From positions 62,970,788 to 63,034,787 of the forward strand of contig CM120640.1 of NCBI GenBank assembly GCA_051362555.1: 64,000 nt of DNA, written 5' to 3'. The notes under the pieces were generated by a model that saw only the letters and a program-made list of their open reading frames with translations, was not told the DNA's origin and ran no database searches. This document shows, one piece after another, positions 25,224-39,100 of the stretch (position 1 is the first letter of the stretch; every line of letters begins with the position of its first letter). This DNA comes from Lingula anatina. Its lineage: Eukaryota; Animalia; Brachiopoda. The position numbers and the translations under genes are program-made.

Positions 25224-28200
25224 CAATAAAAAGGGGATTTCAAAGGTTAAAGCCATGCATTATTGCAGTTTTGTTTTATGCAATGTTAGTTTTCTGATGT
25301 CTTCTGTTCAGAATGAAAGGATCTTTTTACTGAAGAAAAAATATATAATGCAACATGCAGCAAGCTTTGTAGAAAATAGAAATAGAAAAAGCAGCAGAAA
25401 GAAAAAATAAAAGAAAATAAAGAGCCTTTGGGATTTAATAATAACATATATCAGTTTCATTTCACCATCTCAGGCTAGTCAAAGTTTGGACCTTATCAAC
25501 ACTAAGTATAGAAAACTATAAAACCCAAGTTTCCTAGAGCACTTTGCAAAATAAATACTGCAGGTTTTACCTCCTTTGTTCTTATTCTGAGCCCTTTATC
25601 TTCATAGTGAGGATGGTTGGTAATATGTCTCTCAGTGCACAATTTTACTCCTGCCAAAAGCTGCATGCTGCCAGTAAAAGCTGCTTCCCTTGGAACACTT
25701 TTCCTTAAAATCAAATTCAGTTAGGTTTATCAAATCCCTTAATCACATTCCGCTTACTCATTAACTAATTATCTATCCTACTTGAAAAACTGTATGCATT
25801 GCAGCAACATTAATGTGATTGGAATAAAATTAAAAATGAAAAAACATCAATGAACTTTTTTTAATATTAACCCAATATCATACACATCCCTTTTTATCAA
25901 TTTTTTTCTGTTTAAGTTTTAAAGCATCTTCTTAAAATGTCCCGATCTTTTCCAAGTTTTACATCAAAACAGCATTTTTTAAACAAAAAAAATCCGCTGT
26001 TCTTTTACATAAGACACTAGGCATCAGCTTTCCATTGCATTATCACATGACAAAAGGGAAATTATGAAGATTAAAGTTACTTTCCCTTCCTTAAATTCAT
26101 CACAATTTCTGTGACTTATCTCCATCCAAATAGTTTTATGATACACTGTTGGGAAAATTGATGATGCTACTTATCATGATGATGGTACTTACTGAATCTT
26201 TCTCCTAATTAGATTTGACATGTTATTTACCACATTCAATCTTCATGAAATAATTAAGATGTTACAAACATGCTTTGAAATCCCACAGCATCAATAATTA
26301 GCTTCTCTGGAAACCACATTCTTTCTTTATGTTACAAACTACATGCAATTTATGTTCCATTAAGTTGGCAACTGAAAATTATAGCCACAAACTTGTTTTC
26401 AGGTGTTTTCCTCTACATTTACATGGCACTGCTATCATTTGTAGAACTATAATCAAATAGACCTCATTCTGGACCCCATACCCCCCCCCCCCCCCCCCCC
26501 CCCCCCACCACCACCACCACCACCACCCACCACCGCCCTAAACCCTGTTTACCCTCCTTTATCCTTTATAACTTACTTTACCCATTCCATGAGATCTACT
26601 GTGTCTGGATCATAGAACTCCCGCAAATCTTCCAATTCTTTCCACACTGATGGTAGACTCTGGAATACAAAACATTTAATAGAATTTGCTACACTGAGTT
26701 TGACTTAAAACATGCCTTGAATAAATATTTTAATGCCAAAATAAAACAAATGGATAATTCACTGAAAGCTGGTTCTAGTTCATGCTAGTATTAAATCAAA
26801 TCAGCTGTTGATAAGATGATGAAATTGATGGAGGATTTATGCCAACTGGCAGTTCTAATAAACTACAGGTTATAATTTATAAGCTCCTACCATCTGTATT
26901 AAGACACATACTGACACATCATGTGTCAATATGAACACACACTTTAAATCACTGTGCCGATACAAAGATTAATAAGAATTAATATCAATAAGTGCTATCT
27001 ATAAGTGTACCAGCATACATCAATATTGCTGTAACCCTGTGTGCTGTAACTTACCACTGCCAGTAGTACTGCCAGCATTGTACATGTGGACACATGCCTG
27101 ATACATTGGACCTGGAAAATACAATAGGAAAATGGATCAATAAAGAGAATTAAAGTCAGTTTTGCTTTTTTTTTTTTTAAGAACTTAATAGTCACTTTTA
27201 CCTTATACATACTACAGGACACATGTTTTAGTATTATAAATGTGCAGCCTGCATACCTTTCACATAACTACGTACCCTACTCCTAATCTTCCACTTTAAA
27301 ACATGACATCAAAATTACAGTCTTCACTTATCAGTTGCACACACTTACATTGTGCCTACCATAAACAGTGGTTTTAAGGATCTCTCTGGCACTGCTGAGA
27401 TCAAAAACCCATAAATAACTATAAATGTTGTGTATGTGTATGATATCAAAATATTATTTATTACAGTGGCTTTTGTAACTGAAGGAAAATGAAAAGAAAA
27501 GGTACCACAAGCTATATATACTTTTTAGACTTTTCACTCTCTTTTATTCTTACAAAGATCTCTCTCCTGATGTTCAGCTTGGCCAGGACAAATTTCCATG
27601 TCTGATAATCACTGATCCCCCAGGAAGCCAAAATACACATGTAGGGTGTCCATAAGTACTTCATTCTCAGCACCATCACTCCCATAACACCAAACAGAAT
27701 AGACTGCACTGAAATACAAAACAAAATGACCAAAATCGTTTTAAACATAAATTTAATGAAGAATGATAAATGCTAGCATTAAGGGAAGTTCCTTTTACTT
27801 GTGACCGGTAAAACAAGACTGTGAATTTCAATTAAAAAACCGCTACAGCACTAAATCATAATCATATGTTCTTATGTACAGCAAACAGTCCGAATAGTAT
27901 CAAGAAAAATCAGCACAGCCAATTGCTTAAGTACCTAAGTGGTATGCTAATTCAGGTCTGTTAGCTAGAAGATGTGTAGCTGTAAGGGGAGACTGCCCTT
28001 CCTCTGCTTTCTGTTTATCCTCTGCTGGAACTTTATTACTAGGTGGCCTTCACAACAAAAATAATAAATATATATAAAATCAGACAATTCATCTTCAATA
28101 TCATTTCTGTATGTAGGAAAATAAGGGCACTATGGGAGATTAAATTTGGTGTGTGTTTGGTCGACTCAATATGCAGAGAAAAAATTTCAGAAGCTGAGGG

Positions 28201-31200
28201 AACACTAAAAATATCACCCCATAGCTGCTTCAGGAGGTGTGTCATTCAGTTAAGCTTCGTGGACAACTGAAACTGTATGGATTAAACTTAGAATCCACAA
28301 TACTAAGACCATATGAAGATACCAATGTAATCTGATGTTGTCACTTAAGACTATTTCTGGGTCCAAGTTAGTCCCACTGTGAAAACAAGCAACTGAAAGT
28401 GAAAGACCTACCACCAATGCTGTATCAGAGCTGTAACCAGACATCCCAGGAGAACAATGGTGACTATAACATAGGTAGGGAAGACAAACCTCTCTGTCAG
28501 TCTTACATAGGTATCCATTGGTAAAAACTGGAAGGCTCCATTGCACAGGTACATACGAACATCAAAATCCCTGAGAAATAAACAGACTGAAAATTGACAA
28601 AAAAACAGGACTGCATATGATTTGCTCTTGTGGTTTTTAAGTGGGTTTTAGGACTTAAAGTAAAAAATTGAAACATTTTTGCTATTGACTAAAACGTGTA
28701 ATGGCAAAAACTATAGCATACAGTTGTTTTAATTTTCCCTTTATGTTTTTACAACAAAGTACATTTAAAATCAAGTATTATATTCCTGAAAATTCTAAAT
28801 CTCTTATGAAATTAATTTTGTTACCTAGAGAAGCCAAAGCCAAATTTATTCTGCACAAATTTATAGATGTGTTCATCAGCTTCTTCTTGCAAAATTATCT
28901 GCAAAAAAAACCAAAAGACTACAGACTACGTATGTATTCAGTTATCACTCAAGGAGGTGTCCTTATTACAGAGCCTGTAACAGTTAAAATATTAAATGAT
29001 ATAATGAAATGTTCCTGTTCAAACTTCCTTTCAACTAACAAATAAAACAGCTACATGTAAGTTAAATTGCCATTAAGGCAATGAGTGATATATATATCAA
29101 AAACATTTTTGCATAACAAAAGAAATCCTGACTTACATCCAAGGTCTATCTATTTACCTTAATGGCCTTGTTAATAGTGACAGTGCTTACAGCTGTGAAT
29201 ACTAATTTTAGAAATAAACTTGCTATTCTTGTGGTAATACTGCATTGACGAGGTTGATCTCCCTGGAAAAAATGATAAAAGGTATGTCAACAAAAGCCAA
29301 GTTACTCATTTTTAAAATATTGATGAAAATTAATACTCAGAAGATACAGACTTACAACCAAGACACGTTATACCAGTAACTAAGCAAGCAGGCTCTCCCA
29401 AGTGTAACATTTGAATTACTTATCAAAATGAAATTAAAATAAAATTAATTAACTGGGAAACTTAAAACGTGTAACTATATGCAGAAATACTCCTTAAGGT
29501 ATTTCCATACTTTTAGATTCTCTAATTTAATTGTCTCCAAACTTTGCACCAATGAAGTACAGGTGAAACTGGTAATAAAAATGATTTTTTTTGATATGGT
29601 CACCGGTTTAGTTTCCTCACCACAGCCAACTGAAATATGGACTAAAATGCTAGAATTGGATATCGCAGCGCCTCTATATAAATAAGTTTTCAGGCCCAGT
29701 ATATCACTCCTGAGGGGGATAATTACACCTGTTAAGATTTTAATGAAGAGAAAAGAGAATATTTTTACATTTTTTCATACATTTATTGTTGTTTCTATTT
29801 TTAGAACTGACCTCATCATGTTTCTACGCCACCTGGTGGCCAGTTTGGAAACCAACAATTTTACACAAAATTGGTCATTGTACCCAATCCCTGAATTTAA
29901 TTTTCATGAAAATGAGCAAAAACACTCTCCTATGAGTACTTCATGACATGATGTTAAAAAAATAGTAGGTCATCAGGCTAAATATTGAAATATAGTCAAT
30001 TGAAATTATCAAAAAAAGGCAAAAAATGCCGAAAAATGTAATGTCACCTCAGTTCAAGCCCCAAATATACATCACTTCAACTCTATAGCCCTCAAAGTAG
30101 CATTCATGGTATTTCTCACTATATTTAGTTGCTGAATATTTCATAATTGAGAATATAATGAAAGACAGGGGGGATCCAGGGATTCTTGGGAGGGGGTTCT
30201 ATTTAGGGAGGGGGTTCGTGAAATTCACTTTTTGATATATTTCAGAACAATGAAATTGCACTCACAGCACTCATTGTTTGTGCTTATTGCAAAAATAATT
30301 TACAAGGGACTGCAGTGTCTTTTTGTCCTTAGTAACTCTTGATGCTGCAGTGGCTCCCTCTATACATGCAGTATGGAAATACCTTAATATTAGAGTGGAT
30401 ACTTTTTTTTAGAGTATGCACAAAAATATAGCACAGATCTAGACAAATTGTTCTTAAATCAATTCCAATCAATACCTTTCAACCAAATTTATGGGTGTCG
30501 TCTATGCCATAGAGATGTTAGCGGGAACTTTTCATGTAAAACAAGCAGAAATACTTACTGTAATATACATCAGTAACAGTGTTGACAGAATGAGACTGAG
30601 AACAAGAGAGCAGAGAATCATGGTGTTCACATACTGCAGTATACATGTAGCCAGCAGTGAAAATGCAATCACTCCTAACATCCTACGAACCTAAAATAAC
30701 AGAATAGTGAAGAGTTATGTTGGGCTTAGAAACTGTTTGTTTAGATCAGATACTGTTATTTGACATTTGATAAAATATAAAAAAATATTATATATATATT
30801 TTTTTCAAATTATTGTTTTTCTTTTTATCAAGAGCTTATAAAATATGTGGGTATTACCTCCAATATTTCTGTGACTGTCAGTCACCATCATCAGGGAGTA
30901 AGTAATGACCCTAGTCATTTACTCCCTGATGATGGTGACTGACAGTCACAGAAATATTGGAGGTAATACCCACATATTTTATAAGCTCTTGATAAAAAGA
31001 AAAACAATAATTTGAATTGATACATACAGAGCTAATGAAACTGTTCTCTTATTATATTTTTGTCTTTTTTATATAGACAGCATTTAGTATTGGTTTAAAC
31101 CGATGTAAATGTTAAGTGAATAGAAAATGAAGTAGGACTGTAAACAGAGTTAAGGGTTTCAACCTAACAGCATAAATCAAGTTCTCATAATTCCCATTCT

Positions 31201-34200
31201 TTTTTCAAATGGAAGGTCCCAGGTGCACATAGCAATGCATGCTTATAGTTTACATTTCTAAATGCTGGTAGGTTATAACTAGTGTTAACCAGACCCAAAA
31301 GCAAATTTCTTACTTTGTATCCAGGTAGCATATCCAGCAGCCACACTCCATATAATGCCAAGCCTTGCAATAGTAGAACAAACTGGTTAAACTGCCATGT
31401 CACAGCCATGCAGAATGTGCTCAGTGTCAACAGACACAGTACAAGCCTCTAAAAAAACAATACCTTTAATGTTACTTGTATACAGATACATACAGAGGCA
31501 TTTGCTCAGTGTTACAAGATAATACTAACACAATTAACTTTCACTTAAAAACACTGATATATCTACAGTACATAGTATTACCACTGGGTAGAAGAAAAAG
31601 AAAATGAGTGCAAAATGACCTTTTCCTGTAAACTAGACAGCAAAGCTGTCAAATGTACAGACAACAAGAAAGAAAAAAATCCAATGAAGCTGGTTTGCCA
31701 ATTTGTGCAGTATGTTAATCATCTTTGTAAGTGACAAAATAATAAGAAACGCAGTTTTCCTTTTAGACCATTTGTAGTGCACAAATTAGTTTTTTATCAA
31801 TTCTGATGCAATGTTACATAATGCTGAACAGCTTTATAAACACTACCAATTTTAAATTATGCACTGCAGGTAACATAGATATTTTTAAAAATGTGACTAG
31901 CAAAGGTTTTCAGGCCCATGGAAATTCAAAGTAACACCTTAAAAATGCCAAAATGTACAAAAGTACTGAAATGTGTTATTTTCATTTTTAACAATTATTA
32001 CATTCTACACAATACCCAATTTACTTTCATTTTTAAATGATCATCTAAAAAATTGTTAAGATGTGAAAAAATCAATAAGAACATTTTCAATTTGCTCCAT
32101 TCTAAGCTTAAGAACATAGTAGGGGATTGAATCTGACAAACTGCAATGATTGAGTTTATTTCATTTTTGGCACTTTATTACACAATACACGATAACAGAT
32201 TTACCATCATTTTTATATAAGCAATTTACAAAATTATAAAGATGCAGAAATATGTCAAAGAACACTTTTACAAATATAATAAACTCAATACTGAGACTGT
32301 CTAAGAAATGAATTTGAGGAAAACTCATTTATACGAGTATACAAAAACAGCATAACCTCAACAAAAATAAACTAATCAAGCTGATTTTTGTATAAGATCT
32401 ATATTTCAGACCTTTGAATCAGTCCTGCAAGTTTCAAAGCAAAATATGACATGGTTTTCATTTTATTTGTATGACGATTGATAAAATATGCTAAAAAGAA
32501 AAAAAAAACTTTTGGAAAAATGGTCCAGTCAGGCTGATTTTTTAACTTAACTTGAATTTAATGAATATTCATCAGTTTTGTAGACAAGAGGTAAAACAGT
32601 TTTCATTTTATTTGTATAACACTGAAAGTGTGCGATAATGGTGATGGTGATGACGACAGACACAGGCAAAGGCTGTATGTACAGTTATATCTGTGTCTGT
32701 ACATATAAAGTAAGAGCTGTGCATGGTGATTCCTTGGTTAATGGAAAAATACTGACAACACTAAAACAATATGACACGCACACAGTCTCACCCTATTACC
32801 TCCTTACTAAGAGATAGTCCAGGTCTTAAGTAGTATGTGGCAGCTGCTACTTCCACCCATAGAAATGGCAGTGAAAAACTCTCTCTGAGAGGTATTGCTA
32901 GTTCTACCCTGGTGGTATCAGCCCTGGAGGATACAGAGAAAATATTTCTTGAATTAACAGTATGAAATTTCAGTTTGCATTATTCAACAAAAGACATGCC
33001 CATAGGCTATGAAAAATGAATTATGAAAAAAAAATGTGTCCAAATGAGATAATCCTGCATCATTGTGTCAGCAAAACGTGGTAATTAACCGATCAATAAC
33101 TGGATGTTCAACAACTCACTTGTTAAGAATATAAAATGCTGTTGCTAGAGCACCTGCCAGCCAAGATCCACTAAGCAACCAAGCTGTGACATACAGGGCA
33201 CACAGCAGCATTCCTTGTAAGGCAAATATGGAGTTAATGTAGAAATAGACTGGTTCCACATTCTGAAATTAACCAAGCAATCATCATAATAGACCAATCC
33301 TAGAGAGGAAACATTTAAATATTAAAAACTGAGTCAACAGTATATAATTTAGAAATCAATATCTATATCCATCGTAACTTCAACATGAATGAAATTAGAG
33401 CTCCATGACTGAGAGGGGGATTGATTAAAACATGACAAAATAAAAAACCTTCATTATATCCTGGAAAACCCATTTTATTACAAGATTCTTTTCCTCAGAT
33501 GTCACTTTAGGCAAGTAAAATAAAGTCATGTCAACATAACCTATCCAACCTTTTTACATGACAGATATAAAAACACTTCCTGATACATACTGGTGTTATC
33601 ATGACAGGCAATCAAACTGACAGACTTAATAAGCAGGTTTTTAATCTAGATGCACTTTAAGTTCTTACCTTAACAGGCAGTGATCTATACAGTAAACCTA
33701 ATAATACTTCTTGGTAGATGTTCATCCTCTCAAGGACGTTGATAGTATTAAGATGTTCAGTGATGTTATCATGGGTCAGCTCATACCACCCTGAGGAGCA
33801 GATCAAGATGAATAATGTCATGGTTCAAAGCCAGTAAAGCACCACCAGTGGATAATAACAGACATGAATAATGTCTAACTACGGTATGCATTTTAGTAAG
33901 TGATTATTTTTTGTTCAGCTTTTTACCTATATGGCAATTAATGCATGTATGTAGAGTGAACTTGTGTGATGGACATTTTTAGATGCTAACATTTCACACT
34001 ATTCCAATGCAAAAGATTAACAATTGCTGTATAAATATTACTTTTTAACAAAAATAAATAATTATGTTTATGATCACCTTGTTTCACTGAAGGAGCATTA
34101 ACAAACTGCTTGTAATAAGAGTAGTATAGTCCACTTTCTGTCCTAAATGAAATTTCTCTTTCCACTTCCTGAAAGTAGAAAAAATAACCATAATTTCGAA

Positions 34201-36039
34201 TGATGCAATTAAAACCTTTTACATTATTTCAAGAAAAAAATTCTAACTAAGTAGTACACTACATGTGATATATAGAGACCACAGGAGGCTATAATATCTC
34301 TTTACATTTCCTCATTTTTTTTCCTTGGAGAAGTGCACACTTTCTATCAATACATTATATTTTCAGGCATCACGCAAAATGAGATTTTCCTATCTGGAGT
34401 GTATGTTACAGGTCATGGCACACAATATTGTATTTTTCCATTAAATATACCTAATAGCATCTTCTTGTGTCTTGACAAAATACACTAAAAGCCATTAGGA
34501 GCACAGTTTAGTTGATTGTGGTAGAAAAATGTTAGCTGGAAAACTTGATGATTGCACACAAAAACAAATACACACTGGTGCACGCACACACACATGCGTG
34601 CATTAACACATGCATGCATGCATACACATACAGTAACTTACAAATACATGCACTCACATTTCATACATAAGTGCCTCTTAGTATTGCAGCTAATTTACTC
34701 AATCAATGGTTAACTAACTAATACAGAACTGCTATCCATGTTACTTTCGTTTTGGTTCCAGTTGTCTACAGTCTGTCTGTTATCAACAGTGTGCAAAACA
34801 TTATGGATGGATGAAACTTTCAGAGAGGTAAGTTCTAAAAAGACTTACAAAGAATCAATCAGATTTTTATAGTGATCCATAACAGTAATGACCTGACCTT
34901 TTCAATTGGCAAATTGTTAATTTCACTGATACTGTGTCCTTCAAAGTCACAATTTCTTAAAATTAAAACATCCCCATTAAGTTGGAGCAAAGAAAACTGA
35001 AAAGTTGGCTACCCTATAGTATTATTCTATGGAGTGAAAGCACCACAAATGCTATAAACAAAAATATAATTATTAATGATCCCAAAATTGCTTACTTAAT
35101 ATATTGATAATTTTCCCCATTAAAAAGACTGAGTCATTACCATAATTAATTGATTAAAAATAATGACAACTGAGTTGTCTTGGCAGAGATCTGTATTATC
35201 TGACTACTAGCACTTTTCTAGTTGGTTTGAAATTTAAACTTCCACTTCCAATTGTGGCCTTCTACCATCTTGTTGTATTCTTGTATCTGTACATAAACAC
35301 TAGCACATATTTTTTACATAATTTACGGTAAAATTATTGCAAAAATGTAGAAACTGAAAAAGACCAATTACATATGAAATGAACACAAATATAGCTAGGA
35401 TAATGGAATACCATTAAGAAAAAGTAATTCAGTGACTTGGGTGCTTCATGTTCAAGATGAAGCATTTATACTGTAATCATCTCTTCTCACGTTACTCTAG
35501 GGGGTGATAACATAATGTAGGCATCCTGTAAACATTCACACCTCTGAGTCATTAATATGAAGTGTTAATGCCCCTCTACACAGACTTACTCTGGCACTGT
35601 GGACAATTTCTTAATTAAGAATTGGAAAATGAAAGTATCTATCATAATGCTTCCAGTGCATTGTTGCTTGTCAAGCAAATTTATCCTGCAGCTGCCGCCA
35701 TCATTTAATATCAACAATTACGTCTGATATAAATCAGTCTACTTTCAATATACTTACCCTAATATTTGAAAACCACATATCATTCTCGTGAAGTGTCTTT
35801 GTGTAGAGAGCATATTTATATCCAATAAAAAGCATGATGAGCAAACCACAGGCAAAGTTGAATTTGCTCAAATGCATGTTCAAAACACTCTCTGTGGCTT
35901 CAACAAAGTTTGTGGGACATTTCCCCTTTTTGGCAGGCTTTGTGATGGCTGTTTTATCTCCAGAGACATTATGGTCTGGGGTTGCTCTTGACTTCTTGGT
36001 GAACGCTGACCGGTTTTTCCGCTGCTTAACTTCTGACAT
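24550..36039 (-). CDS. DPY19L3: Protein C-mannosyltransferase, DPY19 family (DPY19L3-like)
   Basis: 17 coding exons, frame-consistent: 36039-35758, 34168-34078, 33790-33669, 33262-33120, 32923-32800, 31448-31314, 30690-30559, 29262-29158, 28898-28825, 28570-28412, 28047-27935 (acceptor could also be 28038), 27708-27554, 27111-27055, 26659-26577, 25703-25571, 25180-25028, 24702-24550. Motifs EVEREISFRTESGLYYSYYK, INVLERMNIYQEV, TTRV..IPLRESFSLPF, TWQFNQF, LRMKYLWTPYMC, EFYDPDTVDLMEW, GSMQLLAGVKLCT, TNHPHYED. Confidence 0.93.
25189..25222. repeat. (TAAA)n microsatellite forming the polypyrimidine side of a DPY19L3 acceptor
   Basis: Directly visible next to the acceptor at 25181-25182. Confidence 0.85.
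26481..26538. repeat. Poly-C run followed by (CCA)n
   Basis: About 26 C followed by ACC repeats; G-rich on the DPY19L3 transcript strand. Confidence 0.9.
29498..30383. mobile_element. Non-autonomous DNA transposon with TTAA target-site duplication (Kolobok-like termini)
   Basis: TTAA(29494-29497)-GGTATTTCCATACT ... AGTATGGAAATACC-TTAA(30384-30387): 14-bp perfect TIRs starting with GG; no convincing ORF inside. Confidence 0.75.
30804..31016. repeat. Perfect inverted repeat (98-bp arms) in a DPY19L3 intron
   Basis: 30804-30901 is the exact reverse complement of 30919-31016; the 17-nt spacer itself folds (ATGAC-CCTA-GTCAT). Confidence 0.97.
31633..32705 (-). mobile_element. Helentron-associated non-autonomous element (HINE/DINE-like), copy 1
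   Basis: Minus strand: 5' subTIR plus internal IR (TATGTACAGACACAGAT..CTGTACATA), GTC-like microsatellite, then 3' subTIR TGTCTGTACA, hairpin GACAGC-TTT-GCTGTC and terminal CTAG followed by TTT; body homologous to 51026-54141. Confidence 0.75.
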
Positions 36040-37555
36040 TATGCATAAGAAATGGGTTAATCCTCAACCTACATGATAAAATATATAAAACCAATATAAT
36101 TTTTTTCTTTGCAAACATAAAAAAAAAACAATGAGAAATGATTACCATTCATTCTGTCAATATTGCTAAAAAGACTTCAAAACTAATGCACTCATCTGTC
36201 ATGATTTTTGCTGAGTAATGAATGTTTGAATTCTATAGCTCTAAGTTTATCATGGCTAAGAAAAGAAATTTAGGCATGAATTAAGTGTGACATCTTAAAA
36301 TTATGGTTTTCTTTGAAAAATCAAATTAAAAAAAAACATTGGCATTTGTTTTACATGTTAAAACATCAATGAGATGTGAACTAAATCTAGACAGTTACAT
36401 GGACCAAATTGAATAAAAAAGGCTCATTTTATCTTTTTCGATAAGACAGAAAAACTCAACTTTTTTATCCTGCATAATGTGGCCCAGATGAACTACTTCT
36501 TGCCTGGGTTATTTCAGAAAAGAACCCAGCACATATTTCCAGCATATGCCTTACAATTTTACAACGCATTTAATAATTACCTTCCCATTCGACATATGAG
36601 CAATACTAGGGCATTATTTGGACACTTTCAAATTTACATATCTTTATAACCCATAAAGATCTTGATGGCAATTTAATCATACAGATGGATATATATATTT
36701 GTACAAATGGTTAAAGCGAAGGAATTTGCCCACATAGGCTGAATATTGAGAGGAATATGAATACAGGTTTGAACTTCAAATGAAATATAAAATTCTATAA
36801 ACTTTCTGCACTGATGTAACTAATAGACAGCAAAAGATAGCATCCAAGGCAAAATCCACCTTTCATGGCTATTGCCCTGTATCATTTGTCACTGTAATCA
36901 AAATAGTAATGAATGAAAACAGGTAGATAAAAGCTCGCAGCTCGAAGATTCTTCCCAACATCTTAAAGTATGCCACAAGTGAACATATCATTATCCATGG
37001 GCTTAGTTTTATTGCCCGTTTTTTCATTCCTCTTTAATTGCATAAAACATCATTCAAGCCTCAAAGCAATTAGTGGGGGAGAAGGACTCAATAAGACACT
37101 AATAAGACACTTTGAAAGCACTAAACAAGATATTAATATTCTAGTTTCTCACTTGAAATGCTGAACTCTAAGACATTAACATGGGATGAAAGACATTTGA
37201 TCAAAATGTGGAAATGTCAAATGCAGGGCAAATTGGCAACTTCTGTGTGAATTTAAGAAAGTGCAATTTGTGGGAAAAAATTCACCTTCTTCAGGAAGTC
37301 ATTCATGTACACTGCACTGGTAGTAACCAAGTGTCCCAAAATACTCAAAATATGATTTTATGGCACAAACATAAAATAAGCAGCCTAAAATGAAATACTT
37401 TTGAAGTTGTGAGGCATAAAAAATATTTGCTTGTTACTCCATTTGGAAATTTTCAATGACTTTCCAAATAAACCTCTTTTTTTTTTGAAAAAATGAAGAA
37501 CAGATATAATCTCATTTTGGACAAAATGCACTGTCCAAATATAGCAATTCACACA

Positions 37556-37824
37556 AGCAATTCACACAAGCATCTACATTTCATGACATACATGTCAATT
37601 TGGACAAAATATAGCAATTCACTCAAGCATCTACATTTCATGACATACATGTCAATTTGGACAAAATATAGCAATTCACTCAAGCATCTACATTTCATGA
37701 CATACATGTCAATTTGGACAAAATATAGCAATTCACTCAAGCATCTACATTTCATGACATACATGTCAATTTGGACAAAATATAGCAATTCACTCAAGCA
37801 TCTACATTTCATGACATACATGTC
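37556..37824. repeat. 57-bp minisatellite, about 4.7 near-identical copies
   Basis: Unit AGCAATTCACTCAAGCATCTACATTTCATGACATACATGTCAATTTGGACAAAATAT; explains the 19-aa periodic ORFs on both strands. Confidence 0.95.
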
Positions 37825-38056
37825 GGATTGACATGTACATGTACTTCAATAAAACTTAAGTGAGTACAGGTAAAAATGTATACACTACATGTATGCACAT
37901 GCATAACATGTACTACTACAAGTAACACTGTAGACATGAATACTAATACATGTATATATACTATTATAACAAAAATGCACGATAAATCTTTGCTAACTCA
38001 TTACAGCTAGAAACTCGAACAGGTAACAATATACATGTTTAAATAAGCAAACTCAC

Positions 38057-38144
38057 ATCTGCAATATTGGTCTCCGGGATTCTAGTATTGAAAGTTCGAT
38101 CTGTCCTCCTTACTCCGACTCCTTCACTATCACCGCTGGCATCA
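38057..38144 (-). other. Probable non-coding 5'UTR exon of DPY19L3
   Basis: Acceptor TCAATTTCCAG and donor GAT|GTGAGT; the ATG-containing exon has an acceptor at 36069-36070 with an in-frame stop before the ATG. Confidence 0.4.
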
Positions 38145-38927
38145 CTGGAAATTGATACACATTGTTATTTCGTCTAATAGTGCATATCAAGCGACGCAAG
38201 AACATAACCTTGATTCTAGCACTACAAATTACGAGCGTGAAATGATCTCGTCAGCTTTATATGCGAGCAACGTGACCTCAAAATGCACTCAATCCTTGCA
38301 GCCGGCTTCTGCAGTTGCACGTTGAGACTGCAATGTTTTGTAGTTAGTGCGGAGTCAGCCTCTGTGTGACTAATGTTTTGTCTCCGGCATAAATCAAATG
38401 CAAGAAAATTACGTATCTACATTATTTTTTCATTAATTAATTAAATAACAAAATTACATATTCCATCATTCTTGACTCTTCACCTTCTTCCAAGGAATCC
38501 CTCTTGTTTCTTCGAAATGAGTAGTTTGTACCACAGTGTGTCGCTGGGAACCAAGACAAGCTGAAACTGGGACTGATCCAGGTGATGGACAGTGATGACA
38601 TTCGATTGTCTCGAGTCTTTACATGAATGTGGGAGTCTTTGGCGTGGTTGTTAGACCATTGCCAAGATATAGATGTTACTCTTAAAGATATTGAGTTGCC
38701 TCAATCGTAAATGTGGCATTTTGCAAATAGTTAACCGGACCTATTTGACAGCGACCGTTGGACATTTTGTATTTGTCGGGACGGTATAAGTTTCCCGTTG
38801 TTTTCTCACTAATAAATTTACTTGATGAGATCAAGCGTACATTGCATGTGCAAGCCCATCTTCTGTCATGTGAACACAGTATTGGCTTTGAAATTTTGCA
38901 CATTGATCGTTGTAGAAACGAAATTAG

Positions 38928-39100
38928 GGGGGCGTCTCGATAGTCCGAAGGTTCATTGGTCCGAAGGTTCATTGGTCCGAAAAGTGGTAACATTTTCATC
39001 GATTTTTTAATCAAGGGTTCATTGGTCCGACGGTTCTATGGTGAACATTCGGACCAATGAACCTTCGGACTATTGAACCTTCGGACTATCACTACGGCCC
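38928..39100. mobile_element. Foldback-type MITE with 16-bp subrepeats in the TIRs and 9-bp TSD (Mutator/MULE-like)
   Basis: CGAAATTAG at 38919-38927 and 39101-39109; arms built of GTCCGAAGGTTCATTG units and their reverse complement. Confidence 0.8.

Noticed and set aside
37493-37831. CRISPR-like array or repeat protein (ORFs 37493..37831 and 37549..37821)
   Set aside because: Contiguous identical 57-bp units without unique spacers, in a eukaryotic intron, with no cas genes; the ORFs arise because 57 is a multiple of 3.
38458-38601. Short minus-strand frame with a furin-like site (MSSLSITW...RRNKRDSLEEGEE)
   Set aside because: Under 60 aa, no convincing signal peptide, and it cannot be spliced in frame to the DPY19L3 ATG exon; at most a 5'UTR exon or uORF.
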